Assembly: GCA_964016885.1 (NCBI GenBank)
Contig: OZ024749.1
Coordinates: 46,066,001 to 46,130,000, forward strand
Reading direction: 5' to 3'
Length of the DNA: 64,000 nucleotides
Origin: Eledone cirrhosa
Lineage: Eukaryota
Part shown: positions 1 to 14,398 of the stretch, piece after piece
How positions within the stretch are numbered: position 1 is the stretch's first letter
Layout: the number at the start of each line of letters is the position of its first letter
Program-made: the position numbers and the translations under genes
The notes under the pieces: model-generated
Databases searched by the model: none
What the model was told of the DNA's origin: nothing
What the model saw: only the letters and a program-made list of their open reading frames with translations

Positions 1-53
1 CCCAAATATAACAATATATAGATATATATATATATAAATATAATATATATATA

Positions 54-110
54 GGGAAAAGACAGGACACGACCGCTGGCTTCGGGTCGTTACGACAGCT
101 AGATCCGAAC
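54..110 (-). mobile_element. Degenerate copy of the same hammerhead family in (TA)n
   Basis: Minus strand reads GATCTAGCTGTC-GTAA-CGACC...GGTCG-T-GTCC, and stem III still pairs through compensatory changes. Confidence 0.55.
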
Positions 111-535
111 GCATATATTTATATATATATATATATGTGTGTGTGTGTTGCATTGCTCAGTAAATATGTTATATATGAGATACTAATCCTATCACGTTTG
201 ATGAGCTGCCGATTCCACAGTCGGGACCGATCACTACCTTTCGTAAATTGAGCTACTCGTTCGCGAAACGCGCGACACGTGTGACTAAATATAATGATGT
301 TGTGTTGATAATTGCTTCTTATAATATATACATATATGCATGTACTCGGTTGCTACCTCTTCATTTACATCTTCATACTATTGCACATCACTCTTTCTGT
401 CTTTCTGATATCCGATTTCTTTCATTTTGAATTGAGAGAAGGTTTCAACAAATCTTGAAGAGTATTTTAAGAAGATTGCACTCTCAAATATTAAAAAGAT
501 TCCATCATACACCCGCCTGTGAGTGTTTTGTTAGT

Positions 536-578
<43 letters not shown>

Positions 579-583
579 TATAC

Positions 584-654
<71 letters not shown>

Positions 655-2309
655 CATACATGCACACATGCATATATATAAATACATACACTGATACATA
701 TATATATATATACATATACATACTTTATGTGTGTGCGTGCTTCTGTGTGCATGTGTGTGAGTGCCTGCATGCATGTTTTTGTAGCCATATGTGTATGCGA
801 ATGCATGATCCCATAATTTAATTAATATAATGAAATAATAGCACCGCAATCTCCTTTCAGACACAGTAGATTAAAAAGCCCAGCTAGGATGATAAAGAGA
901 AGGGGATAATTTTCAGTTGTAATGTCAACTTGGGAGTCAATGGAAATGTGCACCCTAAACAAAGGTACCGGATACACAGCCACATTTTCGTAAAAGGGCG
1001 CATTTAAAACAAAATGTCGAAAAATTATAATTTAATAACGCATTAGGAAATTGAGGCCAATCGGTAGGGGAAGAGAAACGTACCCTAGAAATATATATAT
1101 ATATATACGCAATACGCACATAAACACACACATGCATGTATGCATACACAAAGACAATTTCAGACACATAGACTTAGGCACACACCTCTAACTATTCATT
1201 ACATTTAAAGGGTTAGAAATGGATTAGTTTTCGAAAATCACCCTAAAATATTTCCTGCTCCTGTCTCCACTACTACTACTATTAACAACAACATCAAAAA
1301 CAACAACAGCAACAACAATAACAACAACAACAATAACAATAATAAGGATTAATATTTTTATTGCGTTCCTCATATGGATTTTACCGGGTTTTTTTTCTTT
1401 ATTCTCAAATTCTATTTAAATTCTGACTACTATAAAAGAACGTAGATTTCCAAGATTTTATACCATTAATTTATATATTTTCATCTTTTTTTTTCTTGGT
1501 TTCTGGATAAAGGCGAAGACGAATTAATTACTATATCATATACTCTTGTGTAGAAAATAAAATAGAAAACGCGAAACAAAATAGAGATAAAACAACCAAA
1601 ATATATTTCAATAAATGTAATAGAAAAATATAAAACAAATAAGATATATTATAATTTCTAGAGATTTTAAAACAAAAAGAAGTAGATAAAAAATACTATA
1701 AAAAGACATGATGTAATATTAAGTATATCATAAGTTAACGAAATATAAATACAAAAGAAAGAAATTGCCATAGTTGTTTTAATAATTATATTCATTTATT
1801 CTATATATATTTTAAAAGTGAGTTAAAAGTAGAAAGCAAAGATTTTAGAGTCACATAAATGTAATGATTTAAACACATTTATTTTTTTCCCTTTATTGTT
1901 ACTGCAACGGACGCACCATCATTCTCTGTTCAGTTTCATGTATCATTCTCCCGGTACCTCTTTCTTCTTTCTATTACCCTTTTTATTTTTTTTTGAGATA
2001 TTTCTGTTGTTACGGAGCAGTTATTTCTACCCTGTCTTTTCTCCTATGTACTCTTACTCTCCTTCACCTTTCAGTACCTCATGTCTAATTTTCTATTTCA
2101 TCCTCTAATTCTCTAACATGCATTTACATTCCCTTCTGTCAATGAATGAAAACCAGTCTCTATCTTTCTGGATTTCTTTTATTTCTCATTCTAACCTGAC
2201 GACTGATTTGTGTCCGAACCATCAGAACATTTTTCTTACTATATCAAGGAAGAAACTAATATATTTCTTCATTATACTGTAGTGTGTACTTTTCGCATAT
2301 GCGTATATG

Positions 2310-2386
<77 letters not shown>

Positions 2387-3741
2387 TGACGACTTACTGC
2401 TGAGATTTGATTTGTCAAAGAACTCCAAATACCAGTCAGTGAAGTAATTCTTTGCTTTTATTCCAACTATATCTTACGGTAGCAAGATATTTCCTAGATT
2501 TATATCTATGTAGATGTATGGTTAGATAGATACCTTGGACTCCATTCGAATGGGTCCAACAGTGTATTACCTGCCTCTATTTTGAAGATTGGTGTACAGA
2601 GACAAAGAAGAAGACATTCCCCTCAAAATATTGTTTAGACATTAATAGAATATGATTGAATATAGAAAAGAAAATACATGGCCTATAATTATCATAGCGG
2701 TGGTGGTGATGGCAGTAGTGGTGTTTGGGTGGTGCTGGTGGTGCTGGTGGTGATTTTGGTGGTGGGGTTGGTGGTGATGTTGGTTTTGGTAGTGGCATGG
2801 TAACAGAGTATGTACCATCAAAAATAATAAATATAATATCCTAACAATAATTATATTAATGACTACAACTGTAATTATGATTGCTGCTATTTTCTTCCGC
2901 AGTTGCATCCTTTTACCAAAATACCCCTAACATCCATTATGATTATTAAATATACTAAAAGTTCTCTCAGACCCCACCCCATAAAAATTTGGTATGATTT
3001 TATCTTGTACATTTTATTTAAATTATTATTTATTTGTTATCATTGTTATCATTATTAGTAATATTATCGTTGATGTTGTTATTGTTACTCATGTTGTTGT
3101 TGCTGTCGTAGTGGGGGTACTTTTTACTTTCTTCTCATTGTTTTTCATATAATTATCATCAGTGGTATAGCTATGATTATTGAAATGTCTAATCGGTTGA
3201 ATAGCAGAGGGAAATGTCTCAATTTATTTACTCACGTGTCTGTTCGATTTGGGTTCATATCCTGCCGTGTTCCATTTTACCTCATATTCTTTCCGAGGTT
3301 TACAAAATAGGTATTAGTAAAGTAGCGAAGTCATATCAGCAACACTTCTCATATACGTAATATACGGAACTCCAGCTGAAAATTATTAAAGTAGTGTTAT
3401 TAAAGTAGTGAAATTAGAACCGGAACATTATCTGATGCAAGGTAATTTATTCCAAAGTGACCTCAGTTTAAAGCTGATGGCCTCAACTTTCCGTCTTAGA
3501 GCGTTCTGAAGTCGATGAAATAAATATCAGACGATTTGTGTCCATATGATTAAGTGTATTTCTTTATGGTATGTATTTTTGTCCCTATATCTACTGAGCT
3601 CACCCCCTGTTCAGGACCACTATGAAATTTAGACACCCATATAAAAAGAATTTTTTTAATTAGATTTCCATAATAGAATCGGTTGCATAGTGATTAGAGA
3701 AGAAGGAAATTGATAACGACAGTTGATGCTACTTGGAGAAA

Positions 3742-3818
<77 letters not shown>

Positions 3819-3822
<4 letters not shown>

Positions 3823-4556
3823 ATAAACGTGCTGCGTGGTTGCAAATGGGTTACGTATGAATAAAGTTGGTCCTTCATCAGTGATCTTCCAACCATCATC
3901 GGTATTTCTTCGCTTTAAAGACCATATACCTCCGGTTGGTGCGAGCAACGGCTAAAGAAAGTTGTTGGGACACGTAAATAAAGGGAACAGCGAGAGTGTA
4001 AACAAACAAAGATGGTAAAGCAACGAAAAGTGAGGAAGAACGAGTCAAGTCCCAAATTTCCATGAATATAAGTTCGGTGAAATCGTGAACGAGAGAGAAT
4101 AAAGACCATCAAACCTGCTTGAAATGTGAGCAAGGAAGGAATTCCGCACAGGTCAAACGGGAGGAAGAAGGAGTCTAGTCTGTGAATTCGGTGAACATAA
4201 GTTCTGTGAAATCGTAGACGAGAGAGAGAAAAATGGGGAACCGGCCTGGCCAAGCGTGCGAAAGAAAAGAATTACGCACAGGTCAAACGAGAAGAAGGAG
4301 GAGGAGGAGAGGTAGTAACAGAGAGTGAGTGAGTGAGGGGTGAGGAAGAGGCTAACAGAGAGAGTGACTGTTAGAGAGGGTAAAGATACAGAGAAAGAGG
4401 AAGCAGTAAGAACGAAATAGACGGGTCACAGCGAGGGAAAAATATATGTGTAAATATGAGAATAAAAGTGCTGCGTGGTTGCAAATGGGTTACATATGAA
4501 TAAAGTTCGTCCTTTCACTCTCTGTTACTGCCTCTCCTCCACCTCCTCCGTTGCAT
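3819..4556. mobile_element. Composite non-autonomous element in (TA)n with ~58-bp direct repeats, internal tandem duplication and inverted end
   Basis: GAGAATAAA.GTGCTGCGTGGTTGCAAATGGGTTAC.TATGAATAAAGTT.GTCCTT at ~3819 and ~4459. A ~130-bp internal duplication lies at 4030-4300. 4517-4550 is inverted relative to 4297-4330. Confidence 0.65.
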
Positions 4557-4747
4557 ATATATATATATATATGCAATGTTTAAATTCAGATGATTTTAAA
4601 CAACTATGTACGAGTAAGATGCTATCCAGGGTTACAAATCCACAACCGAAATCGACTTTAAAACCAATAACAGCAGCCAGAAGAATAGTAAAATGAGAAG
4701 AATGACGTGAAGGGGGAGAGAACGAGCAAAATAAAGTAGTAAGAGGA

Positions 4748-4846
4748 GAAGAAGAAGAAGAAGAAGAAGAAGAAGAAGAAGAAGAAGAAGAAGAAGAAGA
4801 AGAAGAAGAAGAAGAAGAAGAAGAAGAAGAAGAAGAAGAAGAAGAA
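4748..4846. repeat. (GAA)n microsatellite
   Basis: Direct inspection. Confidence 0.95.
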
Positions 4847-5373
4847 ACAACATAGCCAGAAGAATAAAACAAAATATATATCTGAAACGAAAAAAAAATG
4901 TAAAACAACAGTACCTATCACATTTCACAGAGGAATAACCAACGTGCCTTTATTGTACGGTCCTTTATAATAAATATCCAAGTACCTGGAATGCCCTCAG
5001 AACGGTGGATAACATGACATTTGACATGTTGACATTTTGGCAATGGCACTAAACAATATGGACAACAACTAAAAGAGGTATAAAAAACACACAAACTTTT
5101 AAAAAAAGAAACATTAACTGCTACAACAACAGCAACAATTACAACAGCAGTGTCAATGATGGGAACACTAGCGATGACAGAAACGACAGTTTTTCAATGT
5201 TTTTTTGTTCATTATGTTTAACATCGTGATGTAGTTGCTGATGTTATTGTTGATGATGATGATGATGATGGTGATGATGGTGATGGTGATGATGATGATA
5301 GTGGTGGTGATGATGATGATGATAATGATGATGATGATGATGATGGTGACGATAGCGGTGATTATGAGGATGT

Positions 5374-5407
<34 letters not shown>

Positions 5408-5849
5408 AAATATGAGTGGAGACGGGGAAAGGAAAACGATATGGAGAAGAATAATAGGGATGATGAAAATTTGAAGATGATTATGGCAAGGAATACACAG
5501 GGTTTTATTGTGATGTCGGTGAGGCTGATTAGGAGCGGTGAGATGATAAAAATGACGATGGGGCAGTGTAGTAACATGAATTGAAGGGCGAGGTGCACAA
5601 TAATAAGCCTATTGATGACAATAGAGATGATGTTGAAATATTGATGGTACCCGTTGCTTTCGTTTTCTTACCTTTTTTATGTTTTTACTCCCTCAAAATC
5701 TATCTTGAAATATATCAAAGTACGTATCCCTCATACATTCTGTGTATATATATATATATATATATATAATGATATAAATAATAATAATAAATTGCATGTT
5801 TATGATAAGATATGGATGCCATATACTGGCTTATACATGGGCAATTATG

Positions 5850-5902
<53 letters not shown>

Positions 5903-6137
5903 GTGTTTGTATATAAAATGAATAAAAAGGTTAACTAGAGAGAGGTAATTTAAGGTGAATGACATTCTGTGGATTTACGTACATAAAAAATTAAGGTATA
6001 GTCAAAAGAATCTAATATTTTGGGGGCCTAAACAACAGAGAAAGGACTACCCCATTTATTCTTTTTTTTTTTGTTTCAGGTATATTTTCTTAAAATGTTA
6101 TTTTTATTATAACTCATTCTCTGTCCCTCTTACACAA

Positions 6138-6193
<56 letters not shown>

Positions 6194-6224
6194 GCGTGTG
6201 AATATGTGTGTATGTTGGCATCTG

Positions 6225-6269
<45 letters not shown>

Positions 6270-6326
6270 TCATAGATAAATACACATACGTATGTATATA
6301 TTTGTATATGTATACGCATATATATG

Positions 6327-6413
<87 letters not shown>

Positions 6414-7834
6414 ACATATATATATGCGTATATACATATATATATTATATTCTGTTTTTTTTCTATAGAAATTCAGAGAATGGTGGTAATGATGTCGTAT
6501 GTTAACCCACCCTCCCATTCAGTCTACTTAATTCACCCTCACCACTTTCTCTTCCATACTTCTCATGCAAAACGTTATAAATAATAAAAATAAAGAAAAC
6601 TTCTTAGTTCTAGGGGGTGAAAAAGTTCTTGTCGAAATGTTAACATTTGTAGTAGAGTTGTAGTAACTTTATTTCTATGATAGATAATATAATGCATCTT
6701 TTGTTTGTGTTTATGTGTATGCATATGTGTATGCATATATGAATGCGCCTATATGCATGAGTATATGTATGTGTGAGTGTCATAGCGTGTGTTTTTTTTT
6801 GTGATTCTTTTCCTTGTTGTTGATGTTATTTTTATTTTTATTTTATTTTGCAATAGTTGTTATTTTTATTGTTGTTGTTTTAATTGTTAAAATAGTTCCT
6901 CACATCTCTCAAGCTTATTTCTATTGAAGTTATATGCACTAAGGTGAGGGTTAAACGACCTAAGGTTTTTGAAGAGAAAAAATGACAAGTACTGTAGAAA
7001 GACAGAAGTAAAGAAAGAAAATATATTAGATAGATAGATAGAAAGAGGGAAAGTGATAAAGAGAAAGAAAAATAGGAACGAAAGAAAAAAAAATAGAAAG
7101 AAAGAAGAAAAACGAAACAAAACAAATAGGCACTGCCAGATACTGCGACAGGCAGGAAAGGACAGAAGAAGCAATGGAGAGGTAAGATGCGATGACAAAG
7201 GTGAGAGGGAGATAATTTGGAGCACAAAGATAGGCAGAGGTGAAGAGAAAATAATAAAAAAACAAGGAGAAAAATGTCAAAGCAAACTGGACAGAAGCAA
7301 GCAGAGCGGTACATGTGTAGAGACTGATAAATATTTTGTGGACCTTGATGTCTCTTCAGTTTTGATATACATACCTCGCTGTTAGGCAATGTTTTACCAT
7401 TAGAAATCTATTGTGCAACCTCACTTATATATTCGGTCAACCAAGTCCAAACAGCCCATCTAGAATCACATTGTTAGTGAATGAACTTAAACGATTGGGA
7501 AAGGTAAAAGAGGAACAACTAACCATTTATTTATATAGGCATTTATTGAGTTTATCAATTTATCTATTATTCTAATAATTCATTTCATATCGTGCAATGT
7601 ATAGCCAGTAGCATAGTCAATGTTTATGGGTTTCCAAAAGGCTAAACAATGCCTGACTTGATTTGTAACAAAGGGATGGTATTTTACATGGGAGTTTCTG
7701 TACAAATGGGCAGAGTAAATATCTCCAAACTTAATAAGAAGAAAGCCATTGTTTGCTATCTTCGTTTTTCTCGATTTTCTATATCGATGAACCTTTACGA
7801 ACACCTCAGTTAATATCGGGAGAGAAATGGCCTT

Positions 7835-7896
7835 CAACAACAGCACAAACAACAACAATAACCAAAACCACAACAACATCAGCAACAACAACAACG

Positions 7897-7954
<58 letters not shown>

Positions 7955-8144
7955 ATAATAATAATAATAATAATAATAATACCTACATCACCAACACTAG
8001 TAATATTACTACTACTTCTACCACCACCACTACTAACACCTTCATAACTAGTAACATCACCATCACCACCACTACTGACAACACTACCGCTACTAACACC
8101 ATTGACACTACCACCACCACCACCACCAACACAACAATAACCAA

Positions 8145-8181
<37 letters not shown>

Positions 8182-8202
8182 GCAGCAGCAACAACAACAA
8201 CA

Positions 8203-8281
<79 letters not shown>
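7835..8281. repeat. (ACT)n/(ACA)n/(AAT)n trinucleotide complex
   Basis: Direct inspection. Confidence 0.9.
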
Positions 8282-8282
<1 letters not shown>

Positions 8283-8567
8283 AGCGGTATTGTTTAGGTG
8301 TTCATATTTTACAACGGCAAACATATATTAACGTTCCTAGTTTTGATAATATCGATGACAAGGAAGTTTTGATCATTGTGTGTCATAGGCCTGAGGGTAC
8401 ATTGAGCCACAATATTTGCTGTAGTCGTAGTTTAGGTGGTGGTGATATTGGAAATATAATGTCTTTCATACTTCGATCTCTCTATGCGCCACTTAAGCAA
8501 TTGGGGTCTATCATAGGTTTGGTTTCAGCGATGCTGTTTCCCATTTTTTTCAGTGAAATTTGATGTA

Positions 8568-9030
<463 letters not shown>

Positions 9031-9081
9031 GAGAGAGATATTTATGTATATGAATATATGTGTATGTATATATACACACAC

Positions 9082-9115
<34 letters not shown>

Positions 9116-9613
9116 CTGTGTGCATGTAGTATAAATACAGTAAAACAAATAAAATTCATGAAATAATAGGAAAATAAGGAGTAGAATTATTCTTGTATTT
9201 GTTTCTATGCATGTTAGTCTTTACATCCACATCGCACACTGAGCGATTTCACAGTTATGCACCCGTTAAACAGTTATTCTTTCTCATCACCCTATAGAGG
9301 AATAGAACCAGGTGCCGTTGTTTATTTTATTCTCCTGCTATTCTTGGGACTTTGTATACTTTACTATGGAAACAATTAAACAGTCGACTAAAAAAATTCG
9401 ATCTATACGGCGTGATATTTATTCTTCATCGGTTGTCGTAATTCTGTTGTTCTCCAGCGCTTGGGGTTGGCTCCACGGCGTGATTGTTATCGTGTATACT
9501 TCACCCCCCCCCCCCCACACACACACACATACACAGACACACATCTATATATCTATCTGTACATCTATCTATTTATCTATCGATCTATCTATCTATTTAT
9601 CTAACTATCTAAT

Positions 9614-9699
<86 letters not shown>

Positions 9700-9703
<4 letters not shown>

Positions 9704-9820
9704 AACCTGTAGGACCCCGAATGCTGAGCTCAAGCCGTTTCTCCGGCTAATTCTGGAGTAAGTCCAGAATTAGCCGTCGAAACGGCTTGAGCTCAGCCGT
9801 CGGGGTCCTACTCGTTCCTA
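9700..9820. mobile_element. Palindromic mini-insertion of a hammerhead-bearing retroelement end next to (TA)n
   Basis: Inverted arms of ~55 bp around GTAAG. The right arm has GAAA-CGGCT-tgagctc-AGCCG-TC-GGGGTCC, i.e. stem III plus a GUC site. Confidence 0.75.
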
Positions 9821-9897
9821 TTACCCACTCTACTACCCTAAGTATTGAGTACTTTGGTGCGTTACGGTCCATCTGGTTCCTTACCACATTTCCTTCG

Positions 9898-9950
<53 letters not shown>

Positions 9951-10767
9951 GTGTTTGTATGTGCTTGTGCGTGTTCGCCAACATTTTTTTATCTATGCTC
10001 GTATATGTATGAGTATATATATATATATTATGTATGTATACATTGAAATTGGAGTAAGAAGGGAGGAGGCTGGTGGACAGCGATAGAAAGAGAGACACGT
10101 AGCTAGCTGGTTATGCAATAAAAAACAATATTATTTTCTGAAATAGATCCTTCAAACCCGATTCAGATGTCGAATTAAATAAATATGATGCACACTATTT
10201 TGTCATATTGCGTCCTTAGTACTATGTGTGTGATTATATGTACATGCATCTGCGTTTGTCTAGGTATGCACAATGATTATCCCTCAATGAACATTAACAT
10301 TGACCCCATTGCAATCGTTATTTACGTGTCGTAGATTTCTACATATTATAAGGTTTTCTAAAAGATTTCAAGCTGTTTGGTGGCATCCAACATTACCATA
10401 AGTATATATACAGTTAGTAAAACTATATATCACATTATATATAAACCAACAAGGACAAGAACGAGTAACAAACGTTTACATGTTTATTCATTCTATCAAT
10501 TTATATATATATTTATCCCCGCTCCCTCTTTCTCTCTCTGCTATATTCCTATGTCGTTACCTCCTTCTGTCTGTCTATATATATATCTACCTAATTATAC
10601 ACAAACAGACACACATATATATATATATATATATGTGTGTTTGTGTGTAAATAGATACATACATACATATATATAATATATTATGCATACTCCAGTCCCA
10701 CAAACTGTAGAGTGCTTCTTATCCGATATCTGCATTGCTTTATTGTACTACAATAAAACTCACATCC

Positions 10768-10842
<75 letters not shown>

Positions 10843-10857
<15 letters not shown>

Positions 10858-10962
10858 ATTTGAAGACTAAAATCCAAAGAGAGCTCGATAAGCATAAATA
10901 TATATCAAATATATAAGAACCGTAGAGCAACTATTTATTAAAATAACAGATTAAAGTTTAAG

Positions 10963-10967
<5 letters not shown>
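10843..10967 (-). mobile_element. 3' fragment of the CAGAAGA family
   Basis: Reverse complement of ~37470-37595, flanked by (TA)n. Confidence 0.7.
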
Positions 10968-11019
<52 letters not shown>

Positions 11020-11589
11020 GTCTGCATGTATATAATTAGAAAGAAAGAAAAAAAGAGAGATAGAGAAAGCGAGAGAGAGGGAAAGAGAGAGAGGGAAGTT
11101 ACATGCTTAACTATTTCTGTACGTCCATTCATTTCCGTAACCGCCAATATCTATCATAATTATGATATACACTTACATATATGCATAAATATCTATGCGT
11201 ATATAGACGCAGCCATACACGTGCATACATTTAAATACATCTGCATAACCAAATATACAGAGACGTACATGCACATATACATATAAGTGCATATATATAT
11301 ATATAGATGTACTTATATACTTGCATACATGTATTCATGCAGGCATACATGCGTAAAAATACATCCACACATTTACACATACATACTTATATAAGTACAT
11401 ACATATATACGCATACATAAAACATACATTATGTATGCATGTACATATTATGTACATACATACATGCATACATATATGCATACATATATATATAAATATA
11501 TACATACATACATACATACATATATAAATACATACGTATATATATATATATATATATATATAGTCTTCAAATATATATATATATATGTG

Positions 11590-11633
<44 letters not shown>

Positions 11634-12282
11634 TCAAATTTATTATCATTTCTATATATATCTATATATATATATACACACATATATATATATACATACA
11701 TACATATATACATACGTATATACATACATGCATAAATAGATACATACATACATACATGCATACATACATGCATACATACATGCATACATACATACATACA
11801 TACATGCATGTATACATACATACATACATACATACATACATGCATACATACATGCATGCATACATACATTCATACATGCATACATACATAAATACATTTG
11901 CAAACACGTATTTATAGTTTTTCCTTGTAGAATGTTTTCCCTGTAATCGCAATGGCTTCCGTGTTAATTTCCACTTCAACATCTACCGGAACATGTTTGC
12001 AAATGCATGCTGGGGTATATACCAGCAGGAGGTCCGGAATCTTGTTTCGGCAAATACACTTCCGTAATACCGTTTGTCGTCCAAAATGAAATAATACATT
12101 TAAAAAAAAAGAGTGAAGGGATAGGCTTGGCATGTTAAAACAAACAAATTACAAAAAACAAAAACCAAAAAAATCCAGCAAAACCGTAGGTCACCCTTTG
12201 GCAATACTTGAATACTTGAAAGAGACGCTATGTTAAGATATAAATGTTGTGTGTGTATGTGTATTGATGCATGTTTCTCCAT

Positions 12283-12431
<149 letters not shown>

Positions 12432-12613
12432 TATGTATATATATGTATATATATATATAGGTATGTATATATGTATTTTATATATATATATATATATAGG
12501 TACATATATATACTATAAAGTATGTCCATAGAATCATATGATATAATATATATATATATATATATACACATACATATATACATATATATATAGGTATATA
12601 TATATATATATGA

Positions 12614-12679
<66 letters not shown>

Positions 12680-12781
12680 ATATATATATATGTATATATG
12701 TATGTATATGTATATATATATATGTATATACATATATGTTTATATATCTATATCTATATATTCATATGTATATATGTATGT

Positions 12782-12876
<95 letters not shown>

Positions 12877-13205
12877 TATATATAGATATATATGTGCGTG
12901 TGTGCCTGTGTGTGAATATGCATGTTTGAATGCCTCTTTAAAAGAATTTATGGTTTTGTTTGTGTAAACATATGTGTGTACAAGACATGGTATGTTTGAT
13001 TGCATATATATATGTATAGATCCATATGCGCTTGTGTGTAAGTATGTGTTCGATTATGAAATATGGAAACGGAAAAGTGTATTTTTATATATGTTATGTC
13101 GACTTTGTTGCTGTTGGTTCTACTATTTTTGGTGATAATGTTATTTGTGACATGGCAAGAATGGTTGTCATGGTACGGATCTGGTGTTATTATTAGCCTT
13201 GTTTG

Positions 13206-13427
13206 GGCAGTGGATTGGCTATATTAGTAGAGCCAGAGATACCACGCTTTACAGCATAGAATTATGACTGTTTAGGTTCTGAGTTCAAATCCTGCCGAGG
13301 TTAGCTTTGCTTTTCATCCTTATGTGGTCAATAAAATAAAGTATCAGTAATGCACTGATGTCGAATTAATCGACTTGCCCCTCCCTTTAAAATTGCTGGA
13401 CTTGTGCCTAAAGTAGAAACAATTATT
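13206..13427 (+). mobile_element. tRNA-derived SINE, long form
   Basis: A-box-like head, GAGTTCAAATCC B box, core GCTTTTCATCCTTATGTGGTCAATAAAATAAAGTA, tail CTTGTGCCTAAAGTAGAAACAATT. The flanking TTATT.GCCTTGTTTGGGCA is duplicated. Confidence 0.9.
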
Positions 13428-13438
13428 GGCCTTGTTTG

Positions 13439-13650
13439 GGCAATCGGTTGCCAGTATCGGTAGAGCGTCAGACACCATGCTTTACAGCATAGAATTGCGG
13501 CCCTTTATGTTCTGAGTTCAAATCGAGGCGAGGTTAGATTTGGTTTTCATATTTACGTGATCGATAAAATAAAGCACCACTAATGTACTGGGGTCTATTT
13601 AATCAACTTTTCCTTTTCCCTTAATTAGCCTTGTGCCTATAGTAGAATTC
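13439..13650 (+). mobile_element. tRNA-derived SINE, tandem second copy
   Basis: Same head, core and tail as 13206-13427. Confidence 0.85.
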
Positions 13651-14354
13651 CTTATTGTCCCTGTTAATGATAATCTTGTAGGCGTTAGTGTTTCTGTTAG
13701 TAATGATTTTGGAGGGAATCGACAACGTATTAGTGAAGCAAGTGGCAATGTTTGTGTTGTTTTTTTATTGGTGTGTATATATTGATATTGGTAAAGTTTG
13801 TAGTATTTGTGGTATTATAAATCACGACATATTTGAACGTGATGTTCAAGGTAATAGTGATGTTGCTGGAAATACTAGCGACGAAAATTAATGGTGATGA
13901 AGCTTAACTTACTTTTATGGATGTGAAGATAGTCTTTTTTTTCGCTTCTGTATTTCTGCTTTTTTTTTGCCTTTTTTTATGCATACATGCTTTTTAACAT
14001 TTTTCAAATCCTTGTTCTGGATTTAACGATTAGTAGAGCGAATAGCTTCCCCTTGTTGCATTGTTCGCCATCTTACTCCACGTGTGAGTAATAACATCGA
14101 TTTTCGATGATTTGAAAATCTGGCAGGGGATAATGTAGTAAGACGCCTTACGCCCCCTGTCGGATAATGGACCAGGCCTAGTTGTCTCCCCCTGGTTGAG
14201 AACACTATTTAAGTAAGCAGCAGTATTACTTTCCAGACAAGCCACGGAGACAGCCAACAGCAGACAGCCTTTGGACCACGAGATCACACAGATGTCAATA
14301 CACTGAACTCCTATGCCGAAGCCACAAGGATAGTGTTGGCCCCAGTATGGTTAT

Positions 14355-14394
14355 GAGCAGAAGGCTGCGTGTTCAAATCACGTCGGGGTCACCA
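14355..14394 (+). pseudogene. 3' half of tRNA-Trp including CCA (retro-copy)
   Basis: GA(G)CAGAAGGCTGCGTGTTCAAATCACGTCGGGGTCA-CCA matches recalled metazoan tRNA-Trp from about position 37 to the CCA end. The 5' half is absent. Flanked by the repeat CCAGTATGGT(T/A)ATGA at 14342-14356 and 14392-14406. Confidence 0.85.
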
Positions 14395-14398
14395 GTAT

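Noticed and set aside
2196-2230. CTGACGA-CTGAT...ATCAG-AAC hammerhead-like string
   Set aside because: GAAA is incomplete and there is no stem I or III pairing.
7753-8331. Mucin-like Thr-rich ORF
   Set aside because: Mosaic of (ACT)n, (ACA)n and (AAT)n repeats, open on both strands, with no signal peptide or splice support.
13206-13290. tRNA genes at GTTCAAATCC B-box motifs
   Set aside because: These are SINE heads followed by SINE core and tail, with no complete cloverleaf.
14377-14394. LTR retrotransposon primer-binding site for tRNA-Trp
   Set aside because: The match runs ~40 nt, far beyond a PBS, and no TG...CA LTR or gag/pol sequence is adjacent.
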